Assembly (NCBI GenBank): GCA_977017645.1
Contig: OZ360221.1
Location: 203,422,001-203,486,000, forward strand
Source of the DNA: Torpedo marmorata
Lineage: Eukaryota
Direction of reading: 5' to 3'
Length of the DNA stretch: 64,000 bases
A model generated the notes under the pieces. That model was not told the DNA's origin and did not search any database. It saw only the letters and a list, made by a program, of their open reading frames with translations. This document shows positions 46,687-59,000 of this stretch, piece after piece. Both the position numbers and the translations under genes were made by a program. How positions within the stretch are numbered: position 1 is the first letter of the stretch; every line of letters starts with the position of its first letter.

Positions 46687-47726
46687 TATTATACCAAACA
46701 ATGGTAAATTAAAAATAATAGTTTTTATTGAACTATTAATAACATAACATTTCTTACTTATCTCTAAACTTAACTCTAACTTAAACCTCACTATGCGCAA
46801 ATGTAAATGTGTGTGTGTTAAAGTCCAAACTATTTCAGTTTAAACTTGAGTCTGAAAAGTCAACTTTAAAGTCCAGTTTCAAACTTCTTGTTGAACTTCA
46901 GGATCTTTTAAAATTGTGGTTCAGAAGTAATTATAAAGCAAGAGTGAAGCACCCGATTTCTTTCAAACTCACTCGTCTTTTGATGAGTTGTCTTTCAGAG
47001 AGATATTCTTCTTCATGCGAGTGATTTCACAAACTCCCTCTTATCTTGCCTAAGAGTTCCAGAGTCTGTTTTTCACGATGATTTCTTTCTTAATCGAAAG
47101 TAACACATGAAGCTGCCCTCTTTTCTTAGAGGCAGTCGGAAGTGGTCTTACTTATTTAAAAGCCACTTATGTTGTGTATCTCCTATGATAAGGATGATAC
47201 AAGACAGAACAGCATCTCCCTCTTTCCAGAGATTACTGCTCCAATCCTGTCTTTCCAGGATGTCAAATTTTCTTAAACTCCCCTTTGTCTCTGAGTTCGA
47301 TAATATATTTCTTGCATATCTCTCATGTCACAATGTATTTGACATCATTTCTGTCTTTGAAGTTCATAATGTCTTCTTCACACTTATGTGCTAAAATCAT
47401 CTCAGTCCACCTAGACTCCGTGATTTCTATGCACATGGACACAAAATGGAACTACGTTTACACAGGTGCTTCTGAGCCAACACCTATTGTTTTCAGTATC
47501 TCAAGAACCATCATAAAGCCTTTCATCTCTTGGCTTCAACTGCAATCAGCAGACATTCTGTCTCTGAAAAAGACCATCTGCCATCTCAAAGAACCATGTG
47601 TGTTTAAAATGCAAATGTATTGTCTTTGTGCCCCTGAAACCACCCAAAACTAACTTACTAAGTCATCTCTAGATGAAATATAATTTTAACATTATACTAA
47701 AGATTAATCATAGCACATTCGTCACA
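46687..47726 (-). mobile_element. Possible solo LTR
   Basis: Minus strand starts TGTGACGA, has AATAAA near the far end, ends GGTATAATA; CR1 similarity stops here; no TSD found. Confidence 0.35.
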
Positions 47727-48769
47727 CGAGAGATGAGTAAAACCTTAGTAATAGATGTAAGTTTTAAGAGTTTTAAAGGAAAAAAAAAGACATGAGAAGT
47801 GGTAAGGGTGAATGTGGGAGGGAAGGTTGGATTCCATAGCTTGCGGACAACTCTTGAAATGTGGCCACCCATGATTGAAACTGACCTCGAAGATGGTACA
47901 AAGACTGGTGAAATACAATACAGAAATTATGAAGGTTTGCACTGCTGAAAGATTGTAGAGATTGTGTTTGGGGCGGGAGGGAGAAGACTGCAAAATTATT
48001 TTGAGACAGGAAATTTAAAAATTGAATTATTGTTTGGATCCAGCGCAGGTTTGCAAACAGGAAAGACAGGTGATCGAGACTTTGTGCAGTTAAGGTAGGT
48101 TAATTAGGTGGCACAGGTCTCTAAGGCCGGAATTGGCTTCTACCATGTTGTAAATAATTTTTTTTTTTTAAGTACCAGAACTGTCGATGGATGTGCAGCA
48201 TGGAAGATGGCAGGCGAACCAGAAGAATTATCAAATATTGGAAATTCAATGGTAATGAAGGTAAGGAGGTAGATCTCCTTGTAAATAACTTGAGGCACGA
48301 TCGGAGCTGGGTGTTAACATAGAGGTGAAGGGGGGCAGTTGAAGTGATGGAATGGAATTGTGGTTAGAAACTCACCTGCATGTCAGGCAAAACATTAAGG
48401 TTGCAAACGGTCTGTCTGGGTCTTCCAAATATTTGATGCCATGTTGATTCTTTCATTCACAATTCCAGTCCTATGTGTGTGGTTTTAAGCCATTCTTTGA
48501 AACAAAAAATCTGCTCCTATTTCTCAACTGCAGCAGTCGTGTGTATTGGCGGCTTTGAAAATATTGCAAACTTTACAGGCTTGGAAATGAACCATGCTGC
48601 ATGCTTCCCACTTGGATGAAAGAATTCTTCCTTGTACGTTGAGTTTAAATAGCTGGTTGTAAGAAATAGGAAAAAAAATGTACTGTTGGAGAAGGCAGGA
48701 AAATGGGATTTAAAGGAATAATATATCAGCCATGATTCAAATAGTGGAGCAGACTTTTGACTGTTGGTT

Positions 48770-49450
48770 GGAGATCTGTGCTCAAGATGGCGGCACTTGA
48801 GTTTGGCAGCAGACCATAAAGGGTTTCAGACTCTGAGGGAGCAGTGAACCAGCGTAGGGCACCAGAACGGCGGGAGCAACCCCCGCCCCCTCCCCATCGA
48901 GGAGAAACCTGGGAGGTGACCCTATAGGAAGGTGACCATGGCAGTGGACCAGTGAGGGGCTCAGTGGCTGAAGGACCCACACAGCCTAAGGGATGTTGGC
49001 AACTTGTGGTCGAAATACTCACACAGGCTGCGGGCTGCTGATGACGCAGTCAAAGGACTCACACCAGTCTGTGGGCTGCTGGAGACTGGCTCATGGGAAC
49101 CAAGTATCGGAACGGGGATTCAAGTGGGTTCTGAGAGCAAGAAGGGCTCCCGAAGGGCCTTGGGCGCTGAGAGCTTCCTGATCATATCCGAGGTTTGGAT
49201 CTGGAGCTTGGGTTGCCAATGGATTGAATAGGAATCTGTGAGGCTATGGGAGCGCTGGAGGCGAATCCATGGACACAGGGTCTCTAAAGGAACTCTCTTT
49301 TGCTTCTCTTTCTCATATTATTGGGGGCACTGGGCAATGCTCATAGCAACTCTTTGCTTGCCTTTACGGCAGACAAAGGTTGACGTATTTTGTGTATATT
49401 ACATTTTTTTGTAGTATTACATGACAAGAAAGGAATCTTGAATCTTGAAT
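48770..49450 (+). mobile_element. ~0.8-kb non-tRNA retroposon, copy 3 (5' truncated)
   Basis: CAAGATGGCGG motif, family body, tail CATGACAAGAAAGGAATCTTGAATCTTGAA. Confidence 0.8.
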
Positions 49451-49919
49451 TCATGATCTACAATTCCATTTGAACTGAATATAGAGAAGCAAGTAGAACT
49501 GGAAGCACCAGCAATTAAAGACAAACTGCTCTGCTGCTGCATTTGCTTACTTCTACGTTTCAAAATTGACTAACTTTGACAAATAAAATAAAATGCCCTA
49601 GAAAGCTGTGGTGTTGAACTTGTGAATAAATTGGTGCTTGTACTTATTATAAACTGTTTCATAATATTGGCCCACATTTTGTGCTTAGATAGGAACAAAT
49701 GTTCTCTGGCATTACTACTCTTCCATTTCTCCACGGAATTATTATGAGATTTTTACCCTGAAATTTGTTATGATTAGAAAGCCATGTTTTGCTGGTGTTT
49801 CACCAGGATCACTTTGCTCCGAGCCTTGTCATTGCATTGGCCCAAACATGGAGCAAACAGCTGAATTCCAGACGTAACATAAAAGTAAACTCCTTTGACA
49901 TATAGGCGTTATTTGACTG

Positions 49920-50280
49920 AAGAACATAGAACGATACATTGCAGCGATAGGACCTTTGGCCCACAACGTCTGTGCCGAACATTATGATTATGTTAAAGTG
50001 AAACTTTGTCACTTGCACATGACACATACTCTCTGCATGTTCATGAGTCTATCTGTGAGCCTCTTAAATTCTACTGTGTCTGCTTCCACCAGCCCAATTG
50101 TAGCACCTACCACTCTGTGAAAAAAAAAAATTGCTCTGCACATCTCCTTTAAACTCTCATCTCAACACCCATCCCCTCCAGCTGAAACACATGTCCACTA
50201 GTACTGTATGTGAAATCTGTACCCTAGGAAAAAGATTCTGGCTGTGCATCTTGTGAAGGCCTCTCATAATTTTGTACATT
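49920..50280 (-). mobile_element. Degenerate CR1 3' fragment
   Basis: Tail AGAACATAGAAC and 3' UTR similar to 34805-35230 in reverse. Confidence 0.5.
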
Positions 50281-50389
50281 TGAGAAGCTTGAGTAAATCT
50301 GGTCGATGAGAATCAAAGGAGTAACTTCCGCTGATTGGAATCATCGGGAACAGTGAGGTTGTCATAGAACTGTCTTCATTCCCCATGTT

Positions 50390-50685
50390 GCATATGGTAA
50401 TACAGCATGGAAACAGGCCCCTTCGCCCACTGTCCACTCTGACCATCAAGCACCTACCTAAACGAATTCTATTTTGTTCTCAAAATACATGAACTCCCCC
50501 AGATTCCATCACTCACGTACACTTTGTTGTCAGTTTACAGTAGCTCATTAATTCACCAACCACATTTTATGGACGTGGGAGGAAAATGGAGCATTAGTAG
50601 AAACTCATGAGATCGCAGGGAGAGGGTGCAAATTCCACAGACACAGCAGCAGATGTCAGGATTGAACCCATGTCACTGCAGCAGA
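50390..50685 (-). mobile_element. Diverged tRNA-derived SINE
   Basis: TACAGCATGGAAACAGGCCC tail, GTGGGAGGAAA and GTGCAAATTCCACA core, GGATTGAACCC (reverse box B). Confidence 0.6.
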
Positions 50686-51289
50686 TACGATCTGAGAAAG
50701 ATCTTATCATTGCAGAATATTGATCTCCTTGTTTAAGAAAAAAATTATCTGCGTTAGAGGCAATCAAAGTTGATTCCTGGAATTAAGGCATTGTCTTATT
50801 AGGAAAAATGAGCCTGTATTCTAATGAGCATAACAATTCTTAATTTGATTGAAACATTAGATTCTGAGGGGGTGGTTAAAATATTCTTTACACCTTTGAA
50901 AGCCAACTCTCTCCATTGAGACCACCTATCTTTAAAAATTGAAAATTACTGCATAATGCAGAAATCTATGAAGACTGAGTCACCAGAGCTGGTGTGGGGC
51001 AGGTTGACATTTAGTCAAGAAAGCTAAATGGGTTTCATATTATATAATAAGCCTGCAATGAACCTAACATTGCAGGAAAAATTCAAAGCTGTTTGGACAG
51101 TATTTTCAGCACTTTATGATCAAATCTACAATGGTTAAAAATCAAGTGGTAACATGAAAGCAGCAGAAATATATTGTGCCAAAACCATGGTTGCTCTGAA
51201 GCATCTTCTGAAGGGAATCCATCAGCAATTGTTGCCCGAAATCTTCACTCTATGTGCACAGTGTGCGCACATACATCATCAGAGTTGGA

Positions 51290-52260
51290 AACTTTTCAAC
51301 CTTGGCAGTAGGCAGCCCAGTGGTATGAACAATGAATTTTTCAATTTCAGGTAATGTGTCACCTCTCTCATCTTCTGAGCTACTTCTGTTCTCCCCCACC
51401 CCTGTTTTTGGCCCCTTTCCAACACACCCCCACTCAGCCCCCAACCCATTCTCATTGTCCTTCCCCTTCTGATTCCATCCTTTCCACCAGATTTCACTCT
51501 TGCAGTTCCATCTGGTACAATTTGTCCTTCACTTCTCCCCAAAGAACATCCATTACATTACCATTATCACCTTCTATACATCAGATTCTAGCATTGGGAG
51601 CCTTTAGCCCCTTTCACACTGCCGATTACATGTGGGTTAAACCGGGTAATTTACTGGGTCCGTACCCGGTAATCGCACGGTGTGAAACGTCCCAATCGGG
51701 CAGGGCAAGTTAAGTTCAACCGGGCTCTGACACTTGGTGGGGGCAAGTGTCAGAGCCCGGCCGCGTTAACTCACTAATCGCCTTCTGGAGATGTGAAAGT
51801 ACAACCTGCTCTCGCATTGTCACCGCTGGAACTTAAAATCCCGGGTTGCCGATTAACCAGGTAAATCATGGTGCAGTGGGAAAGGCTCCCGGGTGCAGCA
51901 TGCCCGGTAAGTTTACCCGCTTCCTAGGAGGGTTGGCAGAGTGAAAGGGGCTGTCTGCATTTATCACCCCCCGCTAGCCATCTCCAACACATCTTCCTTC
52001 ACCCAAGCCCCTTTTTCCTCCTGTCCTCTCTCCCCTGCCTGGCACATGCCAATCAACTGCCTCTGCCTCCCCAGCTGTCCATCATCCTTCACCCCTCCCT
52101 AGCTCATCAATCACCCACTGGCCCCTGTTCAACCCCTCCCACCCTGTCCTCATTATACTCGCTCACTCCCCTCTCCACTGTCAATCTTGATGAAAGGTTC
52201 CAACATGAAATGTTGACCATTGATGCTGCTCGATCTGCTAAGTTCATCCAACTTTGCTCC
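51290..52260 (+). mobile_element. Penelope-like 3' remnant, interrupted by a MITE
   Basis: LGSRQPSGMNNEFFNF, pyrimidine-rich tract, CTTGATGAAAGG...GCTGCTCGATCTGCT end; similar to 53580-54330. Confidence 0.55.
51606..51952. mobile_element. MITE, possibly PIF/Harbinger-like
   Basis: 18-bp TIR AGCCCCTTTCACACTGCC / GGCAGAGTGAAAGGGGCT (1 mismatch); central perfect 17-bp hairpin at 51720-51760; TSD unclear. Confidence 0.7.
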
Positions 52261-52499
52261 TCACACCTTTTGCTTGGCCAGCCATTGTACCCATGAAATT
52301 CATGAAGATCTGGCAGTGAATGCTGATGATTCATAAAAATTTATCTCATACAAGGAAGTGAAATATTGGCCTCCTAGAGGCTAAGATAGTATTAATAAAG
52401 GGAACTGAGAAAACAAGTAGTTTATTCACAGAAGAATGGCTACAATCAAAGGAGCAAAAAAATAAATAAAACCATTAATGTTACCAGAGAAGAATTACT

Positions 52500-53190
52500 G
52501 GTCAAACTAAGGGGAGGAAGGATGATAAAACCTATGAACTTGTTGGCCTGTTTCCCAGGTTCCTGAGAAAGTGGCTGCAGAGATGATTGTAAACTTTAAA
52601 AATTCTATGGATTTTGTAAATGTTCCATCAGCTTACAAGTAGCAAATGCAATATTGATATTTAGGAAAATAATGGTGGTGGGGAGGGGGAAGAGAAAGCA
52701 TAGAGCTACAGGCCAGTGATGAAATATCAACTCAGGAAGCAGAATTAGAGGTTTGGTTTACAGGTCAGTTTCAACTCAGCAAAATATAACAAATAGGATG
52801 CTATCAGTGCTGGTACTTCAGCGATTTACAATCAATTTTAATAGCACCATGGCGTCATATGATTATACAGCATGGAAATAAGCCCTTCAGCCCAACTTCC
52901 ATGCTGACCAGGTTGCCTACCTATAGATTTAAGGTGAGAGGAGAAAGTTTTAAAAGGAGTCTGAGGGGCGACATTTTGCACACAGAGGGTGGTGGGTATA
53001 TGGAATGAGCTGACAGACGAAGTGGGAGAGGCAGGTACAATTGCAACATTTAAAAGACGCAGGCAGGTACATGGATAGGAAAGGTTTAGAGGGATAAGGG
53101 CAGAATGCAAGCAAATGGAACTATTTTAGGTAAGCAACTTGGTCAGCATGAACAAGTTGGGCCAAAGATCCTGCTTCCAGGCTGTATCTC
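52500..53190 (+). mobile_element. Degenerate CR1 fragments with a SINE tail
   Basis: Decayed CR1 ORF2 and 3' UTR motifs (TTTAAGGTGAGAGGAGAAAG...CACAGAGGGTGGTGGGTATATGGAATG). Confidence 0.55.
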
Positions 53191-53574
53191 TTCAAAGCAG
53201 CAGACTAAGTACGTAGCTTTGCAAGGGTTGCCTGTTCCTCTTCCAGCATGGTACATCATCGTCAGCTTCTATATTGATTTAAGAGCTTCAGGTTCTGATG
53301 AAATGTTTCTCCTCCCAGACTCCACTCACCTTGCCGAGTGTTTTTCAGCTTTCTCAGTTTTCATTGCAGAATTTCAGATTCTGTAGTTTTACTTTGATCT
53401 GCATCAACTCCAGATTTACGTTTGTTACAGAGCTTCATCCTTTGCTGTATTTTGGCATTTAGTCCGAAGACTGGGAGTAGAATCCTATAATATAGGGCAC
53501 TGAAGACACGATTTTAATGGTAGAAAGTCTTCAGATTCTTCAGCAGCTGACAGTCTGTAGATGACCCGCCATCT

Positions 53575-54330
53575 CCCTGCAACGTCATTGCCTCACTCAG
53601 TTCCCGTTCTCCAAAGTCACATAGCATGCCATTTCAACACCCCTTTCCCACTGACTAGGCCATCCAGATCCACTTGCCAGAGTGAGGCCCAATGTAAACT
53701 TGAGGAACAACACCTCATATTCCACTTGGACAGTCCACAGCCCAATGCCATGAACATTGAATTTTCCAGCCCTCCCTACTGTTGTTCTCCCCCCCCCCAC
53801 CCACCCTGTTTTTGTCCCCTCTCCCACCCACACATTCTAATCCTCTCTGGTTCCATCCTCTTCCACTCACATTTCCCATGCAGGATTCTACCCCCTTCCT
53901 TTGGTTCCATCTGGTCCAATCTGTCCTTCACCTCTCCCTTTCTCAACTCTCATTACACTATGACTGTCACCGACATTTCTTATCAGATTTCAGCACCGTG
54001 CCTTCACTTATCACCCCTCCATTCTGTATGACACAAATTCCTCCACCTGATCCTCTTTTTCCTCTTGCTCACTTTGTCTGGCACCTTCTGATCAAGGGCC
54101 TCTGCCTCTTTATCTGTCCGTCACCGACACCCCTCCCCTCCTGGCCCCTGTCCAACACCTCTCCCCCACTCCCTGTCTGTCCTCATTATACCAGCTATCT
54201 CCTCTCTGCACTCTCAGACTCAATGAAAGGTTCCAACATGCAACACTGACCATTCTTTTTCTCTCATGCTGCTCGTCCTGCTGAGTCCCTCCAGCAGATT
54301 GTCTTTTGCTCCAGATTTAAGCATCTAAAG
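53575..54330 (+). mobile_element. Penelope-like element C-terminus and 3' region
   Basis: IACHFNT...CQSEAQCKLEEQHLIFHLDSPQPNAMNIEFS; end GCTGCTCGTCCTGCTGAGTCCCTCCAGCA. Confidence 0.72.
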
Positions 54331-54464
54331 TCTACTGTGTGTCCCCACTCACACCGCCTGCCCTCTGAGACAACATTCACCGGGAGCACTGCTTAAATAG
54401 GGCTCAAAGAATTATTGAGGACCCTTTCCATCCAGCACATCGTATCTTTGACCCAGGAGAAAAC

Positions 54465-55375
54465 TGACCAGGGGATCCCCTGAATGACCCCCCCCCCCAC
54501 TTCTCACTGGGTGACCGAACATCAAAAGCGTGAGACTGAAATACTGTATAGCCAGAACTTGAGGAGCAACACCTTCAGATATTCAAATAGAGGCTGCAAC
54601 CTCTCACACTCCGTATATACATGGTACACCATCTCCTCCCAGCCGCAGAAATGACAGGCGGTCAAGGTGTCAGTAAACAGACATAAAATCAATTACATGG
54701 TACAGCTTGGTGCAGCACTTTCCACCCCAGCTCTCCAATGTAACAGGGGAGGAATCCCTCGTAAAGAGACCTCCACTATGGACCTCCCTTAGCTCCAGAT
54801 GACAAAACGGACCGTCAGGACATGTCTGGATGAAGAATGAGGGCAAGGAAATATACGGTGTGCAGGAACAGTCTATAAAATAAACGACTTGGTGCATCAC
54901 GAAATGGCACAGTGGGCATCTCTGCAAGGTTGCTCATATGTGGGCCGGCACCTGAGAAAGATTTTGAGCCTTGGGTCCAATGAGCAATTCTGGCAGTGCC
55001 GGAACCACACCACACTCCCAAACCCCCTCAATACCTACTGCAACAGGATGGGAGGTGACCATACCCCAGACACACGTTAACTCTTGAAAGAAACGAGGCA
55101 GCTCCCGCAAAACGGCACAGATGATATTTGCTGCTGGGAGCTGTGTATCGTCCTGAAGGCAATGTCCCCGGTGAATAAAAAATGTTGCCAGCGTATGCCA
55201 TGGCAGAGGGTGCTTTGTGTACAGGTATCTCTGCAGGGTCCACGAGCAGAGAGCCACTGGTTTGGTATGCATGGAAACCAGTGACTGACCACCCTCCTCA
55301 ATCGGGAGACTCAGGACCGCAGCAGAGACACAGCATTCCTTATTGCCCCAAAAGAAATCCACCGACTTCCTCTAG
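54465..55375 (-). mobile_element. Tx1-like (L1 group) ORF2 C-terminal fragment
   Basis: DFFWG...LSLPIEEGGQSLV, LQRYLY, WRSLY...LGWKVLH, FCG...HVYTECERL zinc-knuckle-like motif. Confidence 0.72.
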
Positions 55376-55534
55376 GTCATGGTAACAAATACAGCGGGTG
55401 GGACCAAAAGGACCAACCAGTATCACGACATAGAGGCTATCAGAGTGTGTGCACTGTGGTCTGGAGAAATGCTGTTTTGTCTGGTTGTATATGTACAGTC
55501 AGATGATAATAAACTTGAAAACCGCACGCTGAAC

Positions 55535-55945
55535 CATCTCCAGGGCAAAGTCATACCGACGCCTGTCCGCCCGCTCTCCAAGGCAACATCACACCACTGC
55601 CTATCCCTAACCTCAGGGACAACATCACACCGCCGCCTAATCCCTAATCTCTGGGGCAACATCACACCGCCGCCTAATTCATACTCTCCGGGGCAATGCC
55701 ACACCACCGCCTGTCCGCCCGCTCTCCGGGGCAACATCACACCATCGTCTGTTCAACCTCTCTCCATGACAACGTCACACCGAAGCCTGTCATCCCGTCT
55801 CTGGTGCAAAATCACACCTCCACCTGACCACCAGCTCTTGCAACGTCACACAGCCACTGGGTCCGACCCCCACTCTGGCAACTCCACACCACCGCCTGTC
55901 TGTTCGCCTGCTCTCCGGGGGAATGATTCAACCCCACCTGTCTGA
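55535..55945 (+). repeat. Degenerate ~38-bp minisatellite, ~10 units
   Basis: Recurring unit like CTCCGGGGCAACATCACACCGCCGCCTGTCCGCCCGCT. Confidence 0.8.
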
Positions 55946-56460
55946 CCTTCCTCTGCAGGCATATGTAATGTGGAGGATTATATGTGTCATGTGATCCTAT
56001 TGGCGGACACGTAGTTGGAAGACGCCTCACCTGCCAATCAAGGTCAAGCTCCACCCACAGATTAGCACACATGTTACCATTGGCCCCTTTAATCACCTAA
56101 CCCATACCCGGGCTGGACTCTCCAGCTGATTTCACGATAAAGCCCATCACATATAGACCATCTGCCTCTTTCTTCCTTCTTCCCGTGACAAACCCCAGCT
56201 CCACACAAGATTGTGAACCATCGGCGATGCTGGAGAGTCATTGGTAAGGCGTGCACTGACAAAGGGTTGAGAGTTGTAGTATTGGGTATGTAGAAATCAC
56301 TGTTCCTACAGTACTCTAGTTTAGTTAAGAGCTGTGCCTGCACTGTATCAAGGGGTGGCGGGTATTGTATTTTATTCCTTGATTGTAAAGCTATCTCCTC
56401 CGCGGGTGGTTGCGAGTATTGGGTAATTGTTGTGTCTGATGCAATTGTATTGTGCGATCC

Positions 56461-57029
56461 TGCGTGAGTATGTGAGTGTGTGTGTGTGTGAGTGAGAGTG
56501 TGCGTGTATATGTGTGTGTGAGTGAGAGTGTGCATGGGCGTGTGAGTGAGTGAAAGTGTGTGAGTGTGAAAGTGTGTGTGTGTGAGAGTGTGCGTGTGAG
56601 AGTGTGTGCGTGTGTGTGTGAGAGAGTGAGTGTGTGCGTGTGAGAGTGTATGCATGTGTGTGTGAATGAGTGTGTGTGTGAATGTGTGAGTGAGATTGTG
56701 TGCATGTAAGTGTGTGTGTGAGCGTGTGTGTGTGTGTGAGTGTGTGCGTGTGAGAGTGTGTGAGTGAGAGTGAGTGTGTGCATGTGAGAGTGTGTGCATG
56801 TGTGTGTGTGTGTGTACGTGTGTGTGAGTGAGNNNNNNNNNNNNNNNNNNNNNNNNNNNNNNNNNNNNNNNNNNNNNNNNNNNNNNNNNNNNNNNNNNNN
56901 NNNNNNNNNNNNNNNNNNNNNNNNNNNNNNNNNNNNNNNNNNNNNNNNNNNNNNNNNNNNNTGTGTCTCTGTGCATGTGTGTTTGTGTGTGTGCGTGAGT
57001 GTGTGTGCGTGTGTGAGAGTGAGTGTGTG
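56461..57029. repeat. (TG)n/(TGAG)n microsatellite containing an assembly gap (N 56833-56961)
   Basis: Directly visible. Confidence 0.97.
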
Positions 57030-57865
57030 CCGGAGCCACTGTAACGGCAGCGCTGCCACTGGTGCGGACCCGCGGGGAGCAAGGAGCGGAAATACAGTGC
57101 TCCCGCGGGGTCCAACCACCCAGTCGACTGCCGTCAGCTCCGCACAGGCTTTGAACGGCCCGTTAAAGGAGCCGACGGTAGGTTTATTTAAAATCCCGCG
57201 ACCGCGGGGTCTGCGCCCAAGATGGCAGCGCCTCTAATCGGCAGCAGCCACGAGGGGTTGCAGACTCCAGGGGAGCGGAGGACTGGCGCAGGGTACCAGA
57301 AAACGGGGAGACCATCCCCCGTCTGAGAAGGAGAAGCAGAGGAGATGACCCACAGGACAGTGACCACGGCGGCGGACCGGTGAGGGGGCTCTGTGGCTGA
57401 AAGACCAATGCATGCGGCGGGCTGCTGGCGACTCGAGGCGAGGAACCCGCGGAGGCTGTGGGCTGCTGGAGACTGCTGTCGGGAGACTCGCGCCGGGCTG
57501 CGGACTGCTGGAGACTGGCTCGAACTGGCTGAAGGGGTACCAGGTATCGCAACTGGAATGCGAGGAGGTGTCGAAGGCGCTGAAGGGTTCCTGACCGTGT
57601 CGGAGGTTCGGATCTGGAGTTCGGGTTGCCAATGGTTTGGACTGGACTCTGTGTGGCTGCGGAGGCTGCGGAAGCGCTGGAGGCGAATCTACGGACACTC
57701 GGTGACTCTGGGGGGACTCTCTTTTGCTTCTCTTTCTCTGACTGTAAGAGGCGCTTCAGGCAATTTCTGCCGATGGCGGATCTGTCTGCCTTACAGCAGG
57801 CAAAAGCAATTTTGTGTAATATGACACTGTTTTATTGCATGACAATAAATTGAATCTTGAATCTT
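57030..57865 (+). mobile_element. ~0.8-kb non-tRNA retroposon, copy 4 (near full length, CpG-rich)
   Basis: Inserted in the TG microsatellite; tail CATGACAATAAATTGAATCTTGAATCTT. Confidence 0.85.
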
Positions 57866-58639
57866 GTGTGTGTGTGTGTGTGTGTGAGTGTGAGTGTGTC
57901 TTTTATCCGTGTTGCGACTTCCCGACACGTGTGAATAAAGATCACTGTTTTAATCACCCTGTGTTCAGTCTCGCTGCTCTTCGGATCCGTCAAATTTGTT
58001 TTTCCTCACATAACAATTGGCGCTGCGAGCAGTGTCCTTGGAGTTTCGACTGAACACAGATGCGGGGGAGATGTTTTGGAATCGGGGCAGGGGAGCTAGT
58101 GCAGACAGTGAGTATAGGATCCCCCGGTGGACCGACGATAGTGCAGGGTTTGGGAGCTTGGCGAACATGCTGGTGGACCACAGCAAACCAATAGACTGGT
58201 CCAAGCACCTGGACCCACATGGTGAGAAAATGGGGCACCACGTGGTGTAATTCCTCAAGAAGTCAGGTTTCCAAAGACTAAGGGGAGTCAGAGGGGTGTC
58301 TTTTGGCTGCTAGTGTCTCTCCTGATACACCAATGTGAGACCATAGAAAGGAAAGATCAAGAGAGCACACAGAAAGATAAGGAGATTAAGGCGCTCCAGC
58401 AACACTGCTGTGCGCTGCAGGAGGCAACACAGTCTGCCCAAGCCCGAGCTACAGACCTCCAGGTTAAAGGGACTGAGGTAGCCTGCAAGCTGCTTAAAAT
58501 GTAAGAGCTGCATGCGGCTCACCGGTCCGGCTGGCAGCTAGGCCCAATTAAGGTCTGGGCCATTGTCCGGCAAGGGTACAGGCTTGACACATGGTCGGGG
58601 GAGGGGGACATGTGGATGGACAGTGATGAGAATGAGGAG

Positions 58640-58998
58640 GCTGTTTATCAACTTCTCTAAGTGAATCTCTCATACTTGATACAATTCCTTCCAACTTCTG
58701 ATTGGATTTTGTTACATGTTCCATCTTCGTTTCCATCCTAGACATAACCTGGATAATAGCTTCAAACGCTGATGAAGGTTCCTTAGGATCTTCATCTTTC
58801 TTCCCATTCTTCCCATTTTTACCTTCCACAAAAGGTTTTCCACTTCTAGTCGTCATCCTCAGAGGTCATAAAACCATAAAACAGAAAGATCCACTTTTTC
58901 TCAAAAGTTAGAAGTATAACGGTTATTTAAAAGTGGGAAAAAATTAAAAAGAAGTTCGGAGCGGTGCCTTCAGCAACCTACCCCATGCTGTGCCACTG
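58640..58998 (-). mobile_element. L1 5' UTR + ORF1 N-terminus, inverted
   Basis: MTTRSGK...IQVMSRMETKME...SLREVDKQ on the minus strand; plausibly continues as LKGNFERF at 59001 on the plus strand. Confidence 0.7.
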
Positions 58999-59000
58999 AT

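Larger units (their letters stand above)
55964..58640 (+). mobile_element. Truncated LTR retroelement: 5' LTR (55964-58015), tRNA-Ser-like PBS, degenerate gag-like start
   Basis: Termini TGTAATGTGGAGG...CCTCACATAACA; AATAAA at ~57934; TGGCGCTGCGAGCAG at 58018-58032; stop-ridden coiled-coil ORFs follow. Confidence 0.65.

Noticed and set aside
56089-57237. Long His/Thr-rich ORFs
   Set aside because: Translations of the (TG)n microsatellite spanning an N gap
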